The notes: generated by a model not told the origin, from the sequence alone. A stretch of DNA of 64,000 nucleotides from Promethearchaeia archaeon (GCA_029856125.1 JAHQWJ010000120.1:128001-192000), one strand, 5' to 3'. Positions 21,849 through 32,231 are shown, counted from the stretch's first letter. Made by a program: numbers and translations.

Positions 21849-21918
21849 TTTAATTTATTTAGTAAAATTTAAGGATTTGAAAATGGTTAGATTACATACA
21901 TCAAAGTTCTATAATTAT

Positions 21919-22188
21919 TCATTCATAGATTAATAAATAATTTTTTTCTTTTTCGAAGATTTTTAAATCTATAAGTGAAAATTCTTTGATGGCTTTTAAT
22001 TGAGAATTTCTATATTTTAAATCGAAGTCATCCGATTTTCGACGTCCAAATGCAATTGTTTTTTCATAATGAACATATGTGTAGTTCTTAGGGGTGTTTA
22101 TATTATTAATCGATTCATTTTCACATTTTTGGCATACTTTTCTATCGTGAAAATATTCCGTTCCACAAAATGGGCATTTTAATGACAT
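21919..22188 (-). CDS. Small Zn-ribbon protein preceding glnA
   Basis: CPFCGTEYFHDRKVCQKC; co-oriented with glnA and 70 nt upstream of it. Confidence 0.75.
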   Translation of the reverse strand: MSLKCPFCGTEYFHDRKVCQKCENESINNINTPKNYTYVHYEKTIAFGRRKSDDFDLKYRNSQLKAIKEFSLIDLKIFEKEKNYLLIYE

Positions 22189-22237
22189 TTTTAATCAATG
22201 TTTAAATTTGTTAGTAATTTTTAATTTTATAAATATC

Positions 22238-22410
22238 ATTGGGATCGTAACCATATAAATTTTAACTATTTGGTTAACACAAATGGAAAAAAGTGCATTA
22301 CTTGGATCGAAAAATAGAGAAAAAATGGTCAATTGATATCACTTATGGTTTTTTTTTATTAATGATTTGGTACATTTGACTATCTTTATAATTTAAATTT
22401 GGTCAATTGC
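22238..22410. promoter_or_regulatory. Divergent promoter region with phased TGG(T/A)-starting motifs, candidate Lrp operator array
   Basis: TGGTCAATTG at 22326 and 22400; related motifs at 22240, 22271, 22303, 22346 and 22368. Confidence 0.45.
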
Positions 22411-22445
22411 ATACTTTTAAAATAGTTATATAACTTTCTAATAGT

Positions 22446-22931
22446 ATGGTTGATCATAAGAATTTAGATGAAATTTTTGATTTAGATATTGAAATCCTGA
22501 AGAAATTAAGTGTAGACGGAAGAATTTCTCTTCGACGTCTCGCAAGAGATTTAGGAAACAGATCGCCAGTTACAATAAAAAAACATGTAGAGGAAATGGA
22601 AGAAAAAGGAATAATTAAAGATTATGGAATACACATTGACTACGAAGAATTGGGATATAAAATTATTGCGCTTATAGAAATAACAGTTTCAAAAGGTAAA
22701 ATGCTTGAAGTAGAAAAGAAAATTGCCCAAAATCCAAATGTTTTCGCTGTATATGATATAACAGGAACATATGATGCACTTATTCTTGCCAGGTTTAAAA
22801 AAAGGGCTAAGCTTAGTGAGATGATAAAAGAAGTGATTCATGCTTCCCCATATGTCGAAAGGTCTAATACTCACATCGTTTTAAATGTGATTAAAGAAAA
22901 GAGCTCTTTTGCTGAATTGACTAACAAATGA
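22446..22931 (+). CDS. Lrp/AsnC family transcriptional regulator
   Basis: DLDIEILKKLSVDGRISLRRLA HTH; VYDITGTYD ligand-binding domain. Confidence 0.93.
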   Translation: MVDHKNLDEIFDLDIEILKKLSVDGRISLRRLARDLGNRSPVTIKKHVEEMEEKGIIKDYGIHIDYEELGYKIIALIEITVSKGKMLEVEKKIAQNPNVFAVYDITGTYDALILARFKKRAKLSEMIKEVIHASPYVERSNTHIVLNVIKEKSSFAELTNK

Positions 22932-23041
22932 TAATTTAGAGCGCTTTAAAGCGTTCCTTAATGGAGAAATTAAGTTTTTCCTGATATATTCTTAACCCTA
23001 TATAATAATCCTTGTTCATAATTAATCTTTCGATTTTACTA

Positions 23042-23353
23042 TTAATTGATAAAATCATTCATTATCTTCTTTATCGATATATACTTCCATAGATATACTG
23101 TAAAGAATAGACCGATAAAAATGCTAAAAAGCAACAATAAAATTGTGCCAAATGAAATCAATAATGGGCTACGGTAGCTCCCAAAAATCCACGACATGGT
23201 GGAAATAACATCATAAGGGTAAAAAGTTAAGGCATATAGAGCCAACGATGCCAGAGTAAACGGGAAAACTAAAGTTATTGCTTTTTTTCTAGCCAACTTC
23301 TTTCTTTCTTCCAATGAGACGTAATATTCACTTGTTTCTTCTTTTATTTCCAT
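23042..23353 (-). CDS. Small membrane protein (2 TM), unknown function
   Basis: Two hydrophobic stretches. Confidence 0.65.
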   Translation of the reverse strand: MEIKEETSEYYVSLEERKKLARKKAITLVFPFTLASLALYALTFYPYDVISTMSWIFGSYRSPLLISFGTILLLLFSIFIGLFFTVYLWKYISIKKIMNDFIN

Positions 23354-23525
23354 AAGTAATCGCTAAATATTTTGTAATTTTACTTTCAAGAAAGTTTTGG
23401 ATAAAATATACTTTGTTGTTAAAGATTATTTTCTCTCTCAACATCAATAAACATCATTCATATGGATATCCAAGAATTAAAATCTAACAATTCTAGTAGA
23501 TCTTAATCTATAGATTTAATTCAAA

Positions 23526-23948
23526 TTATTCTATAATTCTTGAGATTCTGGATAGAGGATGTCCCTTAGCTTTCATTTCTAACTCATTAAACCACCCAAA
23601 AGGAAGGCGAACCACTGAATAATCCATCATTTTCAGTTCCAATTCGATTTTTTTAAAAAACTCAAAGGAAAATTCTATAGTGCTAAGTTGGCCAAAAAGA
23701 TGAGCAAAAGGAACAATTACAATATTTGAAATTTTTAGTTGGTTAGTTATTTTTTCAATTTCAATAATACTTTTTTTTAATATTTCTGAATTTTCTTCGT
23801 CTCGTTTTTCAGTACTAATGAAGAGAACTAATGCGTTTTTGATTTGGTTTTCTCTATTATCTTCCGTAATTTCTTCAATAACTTTCGAACGACCTTTTTT
23901 GGTTACTTTATATCGGAAATAATCAACATGAAACGATAAGAATCTCAT
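23526..23948 (-). CDS. Stand-alone archaeal threonyl-tRNA synthetase editing-domain-like protein
   Basis: H-x-DY-x-x-Y, PFAHL, PFGW and KGHPLS motifs of the tRNA-Thr_ED fold. Confidence 0.85.
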   Translation of the reverse strand: MRFLSFHVDYFRYKVTKKGRSKVIEEITEDNRENQIKNALVLFISTEKRDEENSEILKKSIIEIEKITNQLKISNIVIVPFAHLFGQLSTIEFSFEFFKKIELELKMMDYSVVRLPFGWFNELEMKAKGHPLSRISRIIE

Positions 23949-23996
23949 TTTTCTTCCACACTTTTTATATTAAAAAAGATCAAAATAAATTAGATT

Positions 23997-24881
23997 TTAA
24001 TAATCAGACATATAATTATAAAAATGCTTAAAAAAGCCTTTAGTTTTATGTGAAATATAATTTCCTTTTATCTTTGGGTCATTAATTATGTTTAAAATAT
24101 TATAGCCCTTTTTGATAATGAAAAAGTTCATATACTTATTAGAAATCGCCCTTTCTGGGCAATTATAAACACAACGCATACAAAAAGTGCACTTATTCCC
24201 AAATATTATACTCTCATTTTGTTTAGATATATTTCTTGTAGGGCACTCTTTTATACATTTACCACATAAATTACATGAGTCTGATGCTATTAGATATTTG
24301 CCAAAATAAAACGCACCATTACACTCAGCTTTGTTGAATAAATAAGTTCCAATTTTTAGCCATAAATTATTTTTTTGCAGCTTCGTCTTTCCTGATAGGA
24401 TTTCTTCAGTTCCTCTTTTAACTTTCTTGACAGCCACTTCATATAATTGTTTAACTAAAGAATCATCGTATTTCACAACTACATTAGCAGGCATAATAAT
24501 CAAGTTTTCATGAAACACTTTATACCCTTTTTTATTAAGACCATTTCTAACCAAGCTTGTAGACCCTCCATGGCAAATTGGATCTCCTGCTGTTTTGAAA
24601 GTAAATGTTTTTCTATTATCTACATCTGGCAACCTGTCAAGAAAATCAAAAAATATTTTTGGTGCGCTAAATGCGTGAACAGGGTGGCCAAAACCTAAAA
24701 TATCATAATCACTTATAGATGGATTAAGATTTTTTCTCAAAATGTTCTCAATAGGTATAAGATTTGTATTGAAACCTTTATATTGAAACTCGTTTGCATA
24801 CAGATTTGCAACTATTTTAGTATTTCCCGTCCCAGAAAAATAGAAAATTCCTATTTTTTGAACATGCATCTTTATTTTCAA
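23997..24881 (-). CDS. Flavodoxin-ferredoxin fusion (EFR1-like)
   Basis: YFSGTGNT flavodoxin loop; two CxxCxxCxxxCP 4Fe-4S motifs. Confidence 0.9.
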   Translation of the reverse strand: MKIKMHVQKIGIFYFSGTGNTKIVANLYANEFQYKGFNTNLIPIENILRKNLNPSISDYDILGFGHPVHAFSAPKIFFDFLDRLPDVDNRKTFTFKTAGDPICHGGSTSLVRNGLNKKGYKVFHENLIIMPANVVVKYDDSLVKQLYEVAVKKVKRGTEEILSGKTKLQKNNLWLKIGTYLFNKAECNGAFYFGKYLIASDSCNLCGKCIKECPTRNISKQNESIIFGNKCTFCMRCVYNCPERAISNKYMNFFIIKKGYNILNIINDPKIKGNYISHKTKGFFKHFYNYMSDY

Positions 24882-25010
24882 CCTAAATAGAAATTAAATC
24901 TTAAGAATTTATTCTTAGATACTCAAAGAATAGAGATAATGATATTAATTTGGTGAAATTTTTAAATATATGTGTTTATCCTCTTTCTTCTTGGTTAATT
25001 CTTTTTTTTC

Positions 25011-25331
25011 TTATACAGATAAATTAGATCCACAAAACGGGCAATACCCAATATCATCTTCGATTTTTTCTCCACAATACTTACATCTGCTGCTCATTTT
25101 TTCTTTAGTCAAATCTTCTTTATCAATTTTTACAAAAGAAGTGCCAGCATCCTCAGTGCGTAATTTCGGTATTTCAAATTTTGCATTGTTTTTATGATCT
25201 ACATTGCTATGGAGAAGCTTGTAAATGACAATAATTATTATGATGAAAACAATAATAACGATGACAAAAATTAATATAAAAAATCCACTTATAAAACCAA
25301 ATATATCGAATGGAAACATTGATTGCAGCAT
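25011..25331 (-). CDS. Membrane-anchored Zn-ribbon protein
   Basis: N-terminal TM; C-terminal CKYCG..YCPFCG. Confidence 0.8.
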   Translation of the reverse strand: MLQSMFPFDIFGFISGFFILIFVIVIIVFIIIIIVIYKLLHSNVDHKNNAKFEIPKLRTEDAGTSFVKIDKEDLTKEKMSSRCKYCGEKIEDDIGYCPFCGSNLSV

Positions 25332-25557
25332 ATTCTTTTTATTAGAAGTAATTCATTATCTAAGATATACTACAAAATTCGACTTAAAAAAGTTATGCTT
25401 AAGCTTGTTTTCTTTTAGAGTAAAATAGTATATTCAAACTAAAATATAAAAATGTTCGTATACGTTCCTTAGTTTTAGGTTTGTCATTAAATACATTTAA
25501 ATACCCCATCTTTCCTATATATACCATAACTTTACAATTTTTAATAGAGGATGAAAT

Positions 25558-26334
25558 ATGATATTTCAAGGTTTTGACATATGGTTTATAGTAATACCTG
25601 CAATAATTTTCGTTGTGATTTTCTTTTCTTGTTGGCTACTTGCAGGTATAAAGGTAATACTGGAGTATGAAAGGCTTATAATATTCAGACTCGGCAAGTA
25701 TAAACGAACGATAGGACCTGGCGTAGTTTATGTGCTCCCGGTTTTTGAAAAGTCCCAGAAAGTCGATTTAAGAATCGTAACTGCTGACATTCCGAGACAA
25801 GAAGTGATAACGAGGGATAATATACCCGTTTTGGCTAATACCGTAGTTTATTTCAAGGTAGAAAGACCCTCGGATGCAATCATCAAGATAGAAAACTTTG
25901 CTTACGCAGTTAGACAATACACACAAGCAGCTTTAAGAGATGTTGTCGGTAATATGGAATTAGATGGCGTTTTAACTGAAAGAGATAAAATTGCATCCGA
26001 CATTAGAGAGCTTGTAGATAAAGAGACAAACGAATGGGGCATCGACATAAAAAGCATAAAGATACAAGAAATAGAATTACCTGCTGAAATGAAAAGAGCA
26101 ATGGCCAAACAAGCAGAGGCAGAACGAGAAAAACGAGCAGCAATTATTGCTAGTGAGGGTGAGCTTGCATCAGCAAAAAACCTAGCGGAAGCAGCAAAAA
26201 TGATGGCATCTGAACCTGGAGCCTTACAACTTAGGACCCTTCAAACTATCAGGGATATTTCCCAGGATCCCTCTGAAAAGATAGTAATTTTCATGCCTTC
26301 TGAAATAGGTAATATTCTTAAGAAGTTTACGTAA
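25558..26334 (+). CDS. Stomatin/SPFH (slipin) family protein
   Basis: EYER..FRLG, QEVITRDN, RAMAKQAEAEREKRA, ALQLRTLQ. Confidence 0.95.
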   Translation: MIFQGFDIWFIVIPAIIFVVIFFSCWLLAGIKVILEYERLIIFRLGKYKRTIGPGVVYVLPVFEKSQKVDLRIVTADIPRQEVITRDNIPVLANTVVYFKVERPSDAIIKIENFAYAVRQYTQAALRDVVGNMELDGVLTERDKIASDIRELVDKETNEWGIDIKSIKIQEIELPAEMKRAMAKQAEAEREKRAAIIASEGELASAKNLAEAAKMMASEPGALQLRTLQTIRDISQDPSEKIVIFMPSEIGNILKKFT

Positions 26335-26335
26335 T

Positions 26336-27022
26336 ATGGAGGGTTCAAGGATGAGTAGAACTTTCATAACGAATCAAAGATACATACAAATAGCTTTCAA
26401 TCATTCAGCGACAGATGTTTTAAGAATCTTACCCAACATACCATACGACCCACGCGTAATCATAGAAGCTGGAACGCCGTTCATTAAAAGGGAAGGAATT
26501 GCCGGAATAAGATTGATTCGAAGACTTTGGCAGGGACTACTCGTTGCGGATTTAAAGGTTACAGATGGAGCATACGAAGAAGTAAAATTTGCACATGCTT
26601 CAGGAGCTAATGCAGTTACTGCAGCTGGAACCGCGCCAACAGAAACTCTGGATTTCTTTAATGAAATCTGTGAAAGAAATGGATTATTCTCTATGATCGA
26701 TATGCTTGGTCAGGAAAATCCTTTGCGTAAATTGCAACCATTAAAATTTAAACCAAAAGCAGTGGTAATTCATAAAGGTAGAGACGAAGAAATAAATCCA
26801 CGAAGTATTATCAGATACAAAGATATCAATAAGGTCCGCTCAAAATACGGTGTATTTGTGTCTGTAGCGGGTGGTTTAGATCACGATTCGGTAAGAAAAG
26901 CTTATTTCAACGGAGCAGATATAGCAATTTTAAATATAGTTAAATCATCAGATAAGAACAGAGGATTACTAGAAACAATGAATTTTAGATCACTGATTCC
27001 CTCAATTCTAAAAGAAGTTTAA
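26336..27022 (+). CDS. 3-hexulose-6-phosphate synthase/OMPDC-family TIM-barrel protein
   Basis: IEAGTP, ADLKVTDG, IDM, H-x-G-x-D-E and VAGG motifs. Confidence 0.8.
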   Translation: MEGSRMSRTFITNQRYIQIAFNHSATDVLRILPNIPYDPRVIIEAGTPFIKREGIAGIRLIRRLWQGLLVADLKVTDGAYEEVKFAHASGANAVTAAGTAPTETLDFFNEICERNGLFSMIDMLGQENPLRKLQPLKFKPKAVVIHKGRDEEINPRSIIRYKDINKVRSKYGVFVSVAGGLDHDSVRKAYFNGADIAILNIVKSSDKNRGLLETMNFRSLIPSILKEV

Positions 27023-27055
27023 TTAAGTAATTTAATTTCTCATTTTTTTTTTTAT

Positions 27056-27223
27056 CTATTTTATTACGATCGTATTTTTACAATCTTTACAGAATAATTC
27101 TATGTAATTATGAGATTCCTGTAAGAATAACTTATGTCGTTCTATTTCGCAACTATAGCATTTTTTCTTTCTATAGAAGAAGTTGGGGATTAAAAAATCA
27201 TTAGTTCTTTTTACTCTACTCAT
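27056..27223 (-). CDS. 55-aa Zn-ribbon microprotein, below the ORF-track size cutoff
   Basis: Hand translation MSRVKRTNDFLIPNFFYRKKKCYSCEIERHKLFLQESHNYIELFCKDCKNTIVIK*, with two CxxC. Confidence 0.65.
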   Translation of the reverse strand: MSRVKRTNDFLIPNFFYRKKKCYSCEIERHKLFLQESHNYIELFCKDCKNTIVIK

Positions 27224-27392
27224 AATAAGGAAAAATCAAGATTTTTATATAAATCCCGCCTCAGTAATGATTTCTTGTTTTTAAAATATAAAAACTGAAT
27301 CTTTTTTTGGAACTTTAGTTTATAATAAACGATTTACTGGATACTTTTCTTAACTAAAATATGGATGATTATATAAATTTCCAAAGAAAATT

Positions 27393-28376
27393 GTGAGAAA
27401 CATAATGGGACAGCAAAAAGAAGTAACTAATTATGATGCTCTGATAACATTTCAGAATGTCTCAAAAAGTTATAATAAATCTTTAGCATTAGACAATATC
27501 TCCTTCACTATAAATAAAGGAGATGTGTTTGGGTACATTGGACCTAATGGAGCGGGCAAAACCACAACAATTAAGATATTGGTAGGACTGATAAGGGATT
27601 ACATTGGGAAAGTGTATATCGAAGGGAAGGATATATCAGAAATTCGGCAGGAAATTTATAAGATACTTGGTTATCATCCACAAGAAGCAGGATTTCAAAG
27701 CTGGCGTACGGTAGAACATGCTCTAAGAACTTTTGGGCGATTATCGGGATTGAAACATGATCATCTTGAATTAAAAATCACAGAAGTATTAAAATTTGTT
27801 AATTTAGAAGAAGTCAGGAATAAAAAAATAATCCATTTATCGGGAGGAATGCTACAGAAATTAAGGTTAGCTCAAGCACTTTTAAATGATCCTCAGGTTT
27901 TAGTACTTGATGAACCCTTATCTGGACTTGATCCAAGTAGTAGGTATCAGGTAAAAAACCTTATTAAATCTCTAAGTCTTCGGGGGATTACAATATTTTT
28001 TTCCTCCCATATTTTGTCTGATATTCAAGATATTTCTAACAAGATTGGTATTTTAAATAAGGGGAGAGTAATCAAGATTGGAGATCCTAACGAGATGCAA
28101 AGTGAGTTCCTCATAGGTAATATTATAGAAATAGTATATACCGAAGTAGGAAATCCTTGCCAAAATTTAGAACAAATTGATGGAGTTGAAAAGGTCGAAT
28201 TAGGAGCTCCTAGCAAACAATTTATTCATTTAGGAGTAAACGCAGATTTAGATAATACTATTCAAAAAATACTTAGATCAATAACAGATCAAAACTGTAA
28301 GATGCGAAATTTTCAAATTCTTAAACCAAGTTTGGAGGAAGTTTATTTAAAATACATTAAAGGTGATATCAAATGA
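27393..28376 (+). CDS. ABC-2 type transporter ATP-binding protein
   Basis: GPNGAGKTT, LSGG, LDEPLSGLDP, SSH. Confidence 0.93.
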   Translation: MRNIMGQQKEVTNYDALITFQNVSKSYNKSLALDNISFTINKGDVFGYIGPNGAGKTTTIKILVGLIRDYIGKVYIEGKDISEIRQEIYKILGYHPQEAGFQSWRTVEHALRTFGRLSGLKHDHLELKITEVLKFVNLEEVRNKKIIHLSGGMLQKLRLAQALLNDPQVLVLDEPLSGLDPSSRYQVKNLIKSLSLRGITIFFSSHILSDIQDISNKIGILNKGRVIKIGDPNEMQSEFLIGNIIEIVYTEVGNPCQNLEQIDGVEKVELGAPSKQFIHLGVNADLDNTIQKILRSITDQNCKMRNFQILKPSLEEVYLKYIKGDIK

Positions 28377-29035
28377 GTTTAAAGATATTGTTCGCAGACG
28401 AATTAAAAGGATTCTACAAATCAAAGGTGATGATTGTGCTATGGGTTGGATTACCGCTCTTATCATTATTATTTCATTATATCGTACCTGACACTGAGGG
28501 AATTCCAATTTCTTCCATCGTGGCAATAATTTTATCAAGTATTGGTGGAACACTTGGCTCTGCTATGTTGAGTACCTCTATTGCAAGCGAAAAAATGCGG
28601 CATGTTTATGATTTGTTCTTAATTCGACCAGTTAAACGCACAAGTATCCTTTTAGCAAAATTCTTTTCCGTGTATTTCTGCCTAATTATTGCTACAGGCA
28701 TTTCTCTAACACTCGGACTTATTCTAGATCAGATATTTATAGGGAATCTTCCTGAGTTCGTACTAAATCAAACTATTGAGTCATTAACAATCAGTATAGC
28801 GGCTATGGCAATTTCTTGTTCGATAGGTATATTTTTTGGGATAATTGTTTCATCTGTCCCTGTTGCTACGATATTGTCAGTTTATATAGGTAATCAAATC
28901 TCAGCTATCTCAATTTTACCAACATTATTCCTAGATTTTATCGATCCTATTATCTTCTCTTTACTAGTTGGTTCCATAGCAGCAGTAATTATGCTTACCT
29001 TAAGCAGTGTATTATTTTCGAGGAAACAATTCTAA
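28373..29035 (+). CDS. ABC-2 type transporter permease
   Basis: Multi-TM; SEK..LFLIRPVKR..LLAK motif; overlaps the ATPase stop. Confidence 0.85.
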   Translation: MSLKILFADELKGFYKSKVMIVLWVGLPLLSLLFHYIVPDTEGIPISSIVAIILSSIGGTLGSAMLSTSIASEKMRHVYDLFLIRPVKRTSILLAKFFSVYFCLIIATGISLTLGLILDQIFIGNLPEFVLNQTIESLTISIAAMAISCSIGIFFGIIVSSVPVATILSVYIGNQISAISILPTLFLDFIDPIIFSLLVGSIAAVIMLTLSSVLFSRKQF

Positions 29036-29062
29036 ATAACTTGTGATGTTAGAAAATTTGAA

Positions 29063-29440
29063 TTAAATCTTAACTTTTTCAAGTTCTTTAGTCCACTTAT
29101 CCAAAGAAGTGACCCACCATGCAGCAGCATCTTCCTCTCCTTCTTGGTTTGTAAATACTACTTTCAACAGTTTTCTAAATGCAGATTTATGTAAAAACGA
29201 TTTCGTAATTTCGATATTTAATACGGAACTAATGGGGATTTGCAGAATTTTTTTTGGAATCCACATTTCAAAATATAAATCCTCTGCAGAAAGGATCAAT
29301 ACTCCATTTCCTCTAACTTGGGTAGATTTACGGGATTGTTGACCAAAGAAATTAGCATTGTCCGATGATAAAATAATGCTTTTATCTTTAAACTTATCCA
29401 AAATCTCATTAATTCGTCTTTGAAATAATTTCTTTACCAT
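29063..29440 (-). CDS. Hypothetical protein, PH/GRAM-like fold possible
   Basis: GNGVLILS..LYF..IPISSV..beta-strand pattern ending in a W-containing helix. Confidence 0.6.
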   Translation of the reverse strand: MVKKLFQRRINEILDKFKDKSIILSSDNANFFGQQSRKSTQVRGNGVLILSAEDLYFEMWIPKKILQIPISSVLNIEITKSFLHKSAFRKLLKVVFTNQEGEEDAAAWWVTSLDKWTKELEKVKI

Positions 29441-29484
29441 TTTATCTCAACTTCCTCATTTTGCTTTTTTTTTGATATATTTAT

Positions 29485-31050
29485 TTATTGATCTTGTAGA
29501 AAGTCCTCTTTTTTTGGATAATTTACATCAAATGCACTAAGCAATGGGAGGAACCTTTCTAGTCGTCTTAAAAACGACTCAAAATTTTTTTTATTTTTAG
29601 GTGTCCATCCCGTTTCTGCAACAGCAATTAATCTTGGAAAGGCTTGCCATTCTAACTTATCATTATTTTTAACATACTCAGTCCATAAACAGGCTTCAAG
29701 GCCTAATATTTTCTTATGAAATTTTTCTTCTAAATTGCTTGGAATAGGATCATAGTTATATGTCTGATGGAGTGGAATTAGTCTGTAAGGATAATCAAAA
29801 TAAAGAGCTTTCATTTCCGACATCACAACTTCTCTCCCTTTTCTTATATGCTCTAAAACTTTATCAAAATAATTTGTCCAATATTGACATAACGCGTTAT
29901 CAATAAGATTATCGTTAAGAATTTCGTTCCATCCTATTATCTGTCTTCCTTTAAGCCCTAGATAATCTGCAATTCTATTCGTAAAATATTCTTGTAAATT
30001 TTCTACACTTCCAAGGCTCTCTTCTTTAATACGAGCTTGGCAATCAAAACATCTTTTCCACCTCCTAGTAGGAGCTTCATCGCCACCAATATGAATTATG
30101 CTGGAAGGGAAAATCCCAATAATTTCGTTTAAAACATTTTGAATAAATTCAAAAACCTTTTCTTTTCCTATACAAAGTACATCTTTATGAATCCCAAACC
30201 GAGTACTAACTTTAAATGGCCCGCCTGTACAACTCAACTCGGGATAAACTGCGAGAACTGCCGTTGTGTGCCCGGGAAAATCTAATTCGGGAATAATTGT
30301 AATAAAACGCTCAGTTGCGTATTGAATCAGTTCACGAAGATCTTGTTGTGAGTAATAACCCGATACGGGAATTTCATCTATAGGGGCTTTAATTTTTTGA
30401 TTACTTCTTAAAAATCGTTGTGAAGTTATTGTTCCCTCCCGTTTTGAGCCGATTTCTGTAAGTAGTGGATATTTCTTTATTTCTATTCGCCAACCTTGAT
30501 CATCTGTGAGGTGCCAGTGAAATGTATTTAATTTTAAGAGAGCCATTAGATCCAAAATTTTTTTCACTTGTTTTTTTCCAAAAAAGTGGCGCGATTCGTC
30601 TAACATGAAACCTCGCCATTTAAAACGAGGGAAATCTTCAATTGCGACGCAAGGGATAGAAAATCCTAAAGAAATCTTATCTCCTTTCAAAGCTCTATTG
30701 GGGATTAGTTGAAGTAGCGTTTGGATACCATAAAAGACCCCGACTGATGTGGTTGCAGATATAATGATGTTCTCTTTTGAAACTAAAAGAGAATACCTCT
30801 CAGAATTATTTAATTCTTTTTCATTAGAAGTTTTAAGTATTATTGAGTTTTTTCCTTCATTGCTTTCTGAGGATTTATGAAAAGCTAGAATCAACCCGTA
30901 CTGTAAAGCTAATACTTGTTTCAAATATTCACCATTTCTTGTAGATGTTAAATCCACTTGAATGGTAGTTTTTTGACTAAGGAGAAATACCCCATCATTT
31001 AATGAAACTTTCGCAGGTTCAGGAATTATTTTCAGCTCTTCTTCAATCAT
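29485..31050 (-). CDS. Beta-N-acetylhexosaminidase (GH20)
   Basis: DFPRFKWRGFMLDESRHF, HWHLTDDQGWR, HIGGDE, LWTE. Confidence 0.95.
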   Translation of the reverse strand: MIEEELKIIPEPAKVSLNDGVFLLSQKTTIQVDLTSTRNGEYLKQVLALQYGLILAFHKSSESNEGKNSIILKTSNEKELNNSERYSLLVSKENIIISATTSVGVFYGIQTLLQLIPNRALKGDKISLGFSIPCVAIEDFPRFKWRGFMLDESRHFFGKKQVKKILDLMALLKLNTFHWHLTDDQGWRIEIKKYPLLTEIGSKREGTITSQRFLRSNQKIKAPIDEIPVSGYYSQQDLRELIQYATERFITIIPELDFPGHTTAVLAVYPELSCTGGPFKVSTRFGIHKDVLCIGKEKVFEFIQNVLNEIIGIFPSSIIHIGGDEAPTRRWKRCFDCQARIKEESLGSVENLQEYFTNRIADYLGLKGRQIIGWNEILNDNLIDNALCQYWTNYFDKVLEHIRKGREVVMSEMKALYFDYPYRLIPLHQTYNYDPIPSNLEEKFHKKILGLEACLWTEYVKNNDKLEWQAFPRLIAVAETGWTPKNKKNFESFLRRLERFLPLLSAFDVNYPKKEDFLQDQ

Positions 31051-31344
31051 AATATTAACTTCCGTTTAAAAATTTAATAGAAACAGACAAGATGGTTAAT
31101 CGTAAAGAATTTGCTTTCGAATAAAAACGTTATTTATCAAGCGAATTTCTTCCGAAATAAGATATCTTAAAATTTAATCGTACTATACAATGAAGTTCTT
31201 TCGTTAAATTGCCAGATAAAGAGAAAAAAAAGAAGCAAAAACACTTTCAATATTAATCACATAACTTTTTATGTGGAATGGTGATAAGTTTAAGTAAGAA
31301 GTTTAAATCAAAAAATAAACTTAAAAAAAACTGAAACGTTTTTT

Positions 31345-31782
31345 ATGAATTTTTGTCCTCAATGTGGAACTAAAATTGTAGCTTCCTGGAATGTGTGCCC
31401 TAATTGTGGACATAATCTCAAATCAGAGTTAGTAAATCAACAACCAACCTACGATCGAATTCCTAAAGAAACTTATTCTCAACAGAAACCCCAGTATCAA
31501 GTACGCCAATATCAACCTTATAATTATCGTCAGAGAAGTAATAACACAAATGGAATAGTTGCCCTAATTTTTGGACTATTGGGATTATTTGGCGTTATAC
31601 CCGTAATAGGTTCAATCATTGGCATCGTTCTTGGTGCCGTTGGTAAAAATAAAGATGACGATCCGAGAATGGCAAAAGCAGGCTTAATTATTGGCATTAT
31701 TGGAATTGTAATATGGATAGCCTTATATATATGGCTATTTTCGATGATATTTATGATGTTTAGGTATATGCCAATGGATTGA
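31345..31782 (+). CDS. Zn-ribbon + DUF4190-like membrane protein
   Basis: FCPQCG..CPNCG, Q/Y-rich linker, GIVALIFG..AKAGLIIGIIG. Confidence 0.85.
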   Translation: MNFCPQCGTKIVASWNVCPNCGHNLKSELVNQQPTYDRIPKETYSQQKPQYQVRQYQPYNYRQRSNNTNGIVALIFGLLGLFGVIPVIGSIIGIVLGAVGKNKDDDPRMAKAGLIIGIIGIVIWIALYIWLFSMIFMMFRYMPMD

Positions 31783-31916
31783 GCTTTTTTATTTGAAAAG
31801 ATTGAAAAGTAATATGAAACTAGTCTATCAATTTTACTTTTATTACTAAATTTGTCGGGACTCTTCTTTTATTATTTTTATCTGCTTTTATATCTATATT
31901 AATAAAATACACGGAT

Positions 31917-32144
31917 TTGAATAGAATGAGTTTAGAATTATTAAGTAAAAATCCTTCAGGATTGGAGAAAGAAGCAAACTATCTTATTTCAAATGTTTCT
32001 TTTGATATAGCTCCTTTTGTTATTCCATTTTCAGACTTAATTCAAAAGAAAGATCGTTTAGATAAATATTCTGGCCAAGAAAACATAACTTTTGCGGATA
32101 GAGATCCAGAGTATAAAAACATTTTATTATCCGAGTTCTTGTAA
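31917..32144 (+). CDS. Hypothetical small protein or gene fragment
   Basis: Open frame only, no recognisable motif. Confidence 0.35.
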   Translation: MNRMSLELLSKNPSGLEKEANYLISNVSFDIAPFVIPFSDLIQKKDRLDKYSGQENITFADRDPEYKNILLSEFL

Positions 32145-32231
32145 CTTATTTTTAACATAGTAGTTAATCACTAACGTAAATCCGCTTAAATTGTACATGA
32201 ATAATTCAACAATCTCAATTTACTATTGTAA

